Below, piece by piece: positions 63,470 to 64,000 of a stretch of 64,000 nucleotides of DNA. The notes under the pieces are model-generated. The model was not told where the DNA came from. It saw only the letters and a list, made by a program, of their open reading frames with translations, and did no database searches. The translations under genes were made by a program, and so were the position numbers. Position 1 is the stretch's first letter; each line of letters opens with the position of its first letter. The stretch is from Squalus acanthias (taxonomy: Eukaryota). Location of the stretch: the NCBI GenBank assembly GCA_030390025.1, contig CM059433.1, positions 31,560,001 to 31,624,000 on the forward strand. Direction: 5' to 3'.

Positions 63470-64000
63470 GGCCCAGAAATTAAAGACGGAACCTTCCTGC
63501 GGGGGTAAGGCTTCCCCGCGATATCTCACTGCGCGCCTGCCTTTTCCTTCCGAGCTCACACGAACTTTACTTTCAAGACTGCAGCTGTGCAGTGCTTGCG
63601 TATCCCACAGACGCAGTTAATTCGTGCGAGCTGTGAGATCACGTGATTCAGTTAGAGCCAATGGCAGCACACCAGCTTTCATTCATAGTTTTCACAGCAA
63701 GGGCTGTAAAAGCTATGAATACTATACCCCCCCCAAAAGAACAGCTAAACCTCAATTAAATTAAAAAAAAAACATCACATTAATAAAATAAGTATAGTTA
63801 AATAAATTAACCACTTTAAACAAAAAATTAAATTTTTGAAAATTTTTTAAATCTTTTTAAAAGTTATAAAAATAAACTTACCTTTCTTTAAAGTCTCTAA
63901 AAAAGATATACCTGTTGAAAAAAATTCAAAATAATACTTAATTAACTACTTACCTTGTTAAAAGAGGGTCTTACGCCTCCTTTCTTTATGTGCAAAATCT
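63470..64000. mobile_element. Harbinger-type MITE running off the window end
   Basis: Starts GGCCCAGAAATT; AT-rich core and aagagggtcttacg like 38330-39051 and 54754-55492. Confidence 0.6.

Overview
Eukaryotic genomic DNA, almost certainly a cartilaginous fish (shark). The evidence is HE1 V-SINE, Deu-domain SacSINE1-like SINEs, HER1/CR1-type LINEs with (TTCTATGT/TTCTTATG)n tails, and shark-type Penelope elements. The window appears to be intronic sequence of a large minus-strand gene, eyes shut homolog (EYS). Two clean EGF-domain exons are visible: 50903-50789 (115 nt) and 30360-30201 (160 nt). They splice in frame; the second is not shown in its true frame by the ORF track. The rest is mostly nested, decayed transposable elements: CR1, L2, Tx1-like and Penelope retroelements, SINEs, PIF/Harbinger elements (a two-gene copy, deletion derivatives and many MITEs), hAT and pogo/Tigger-like MITEs, and minisatellites. 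The most notable structures are a ~1.3 kb inverted templated duplication seeded at SINE homology, minimal hammerhead ribozyme motifs in the Penelope ends, a CR1 subfamily with a doubled, A-to-G-skewed 3' tail, a multi-hairpin CpG-rich orphan element, and a ~170 bp diverged direct repeat bracketing an L2 fragment. No intact autonomous element, rRNA, true tRNA or CRISPR array is supported. I do not see a confidently new biological system; the candidates are listed with tests. Repeat boundaries were read by eye and are approximate unless TIRs, TSDs or splice sites are quoted.
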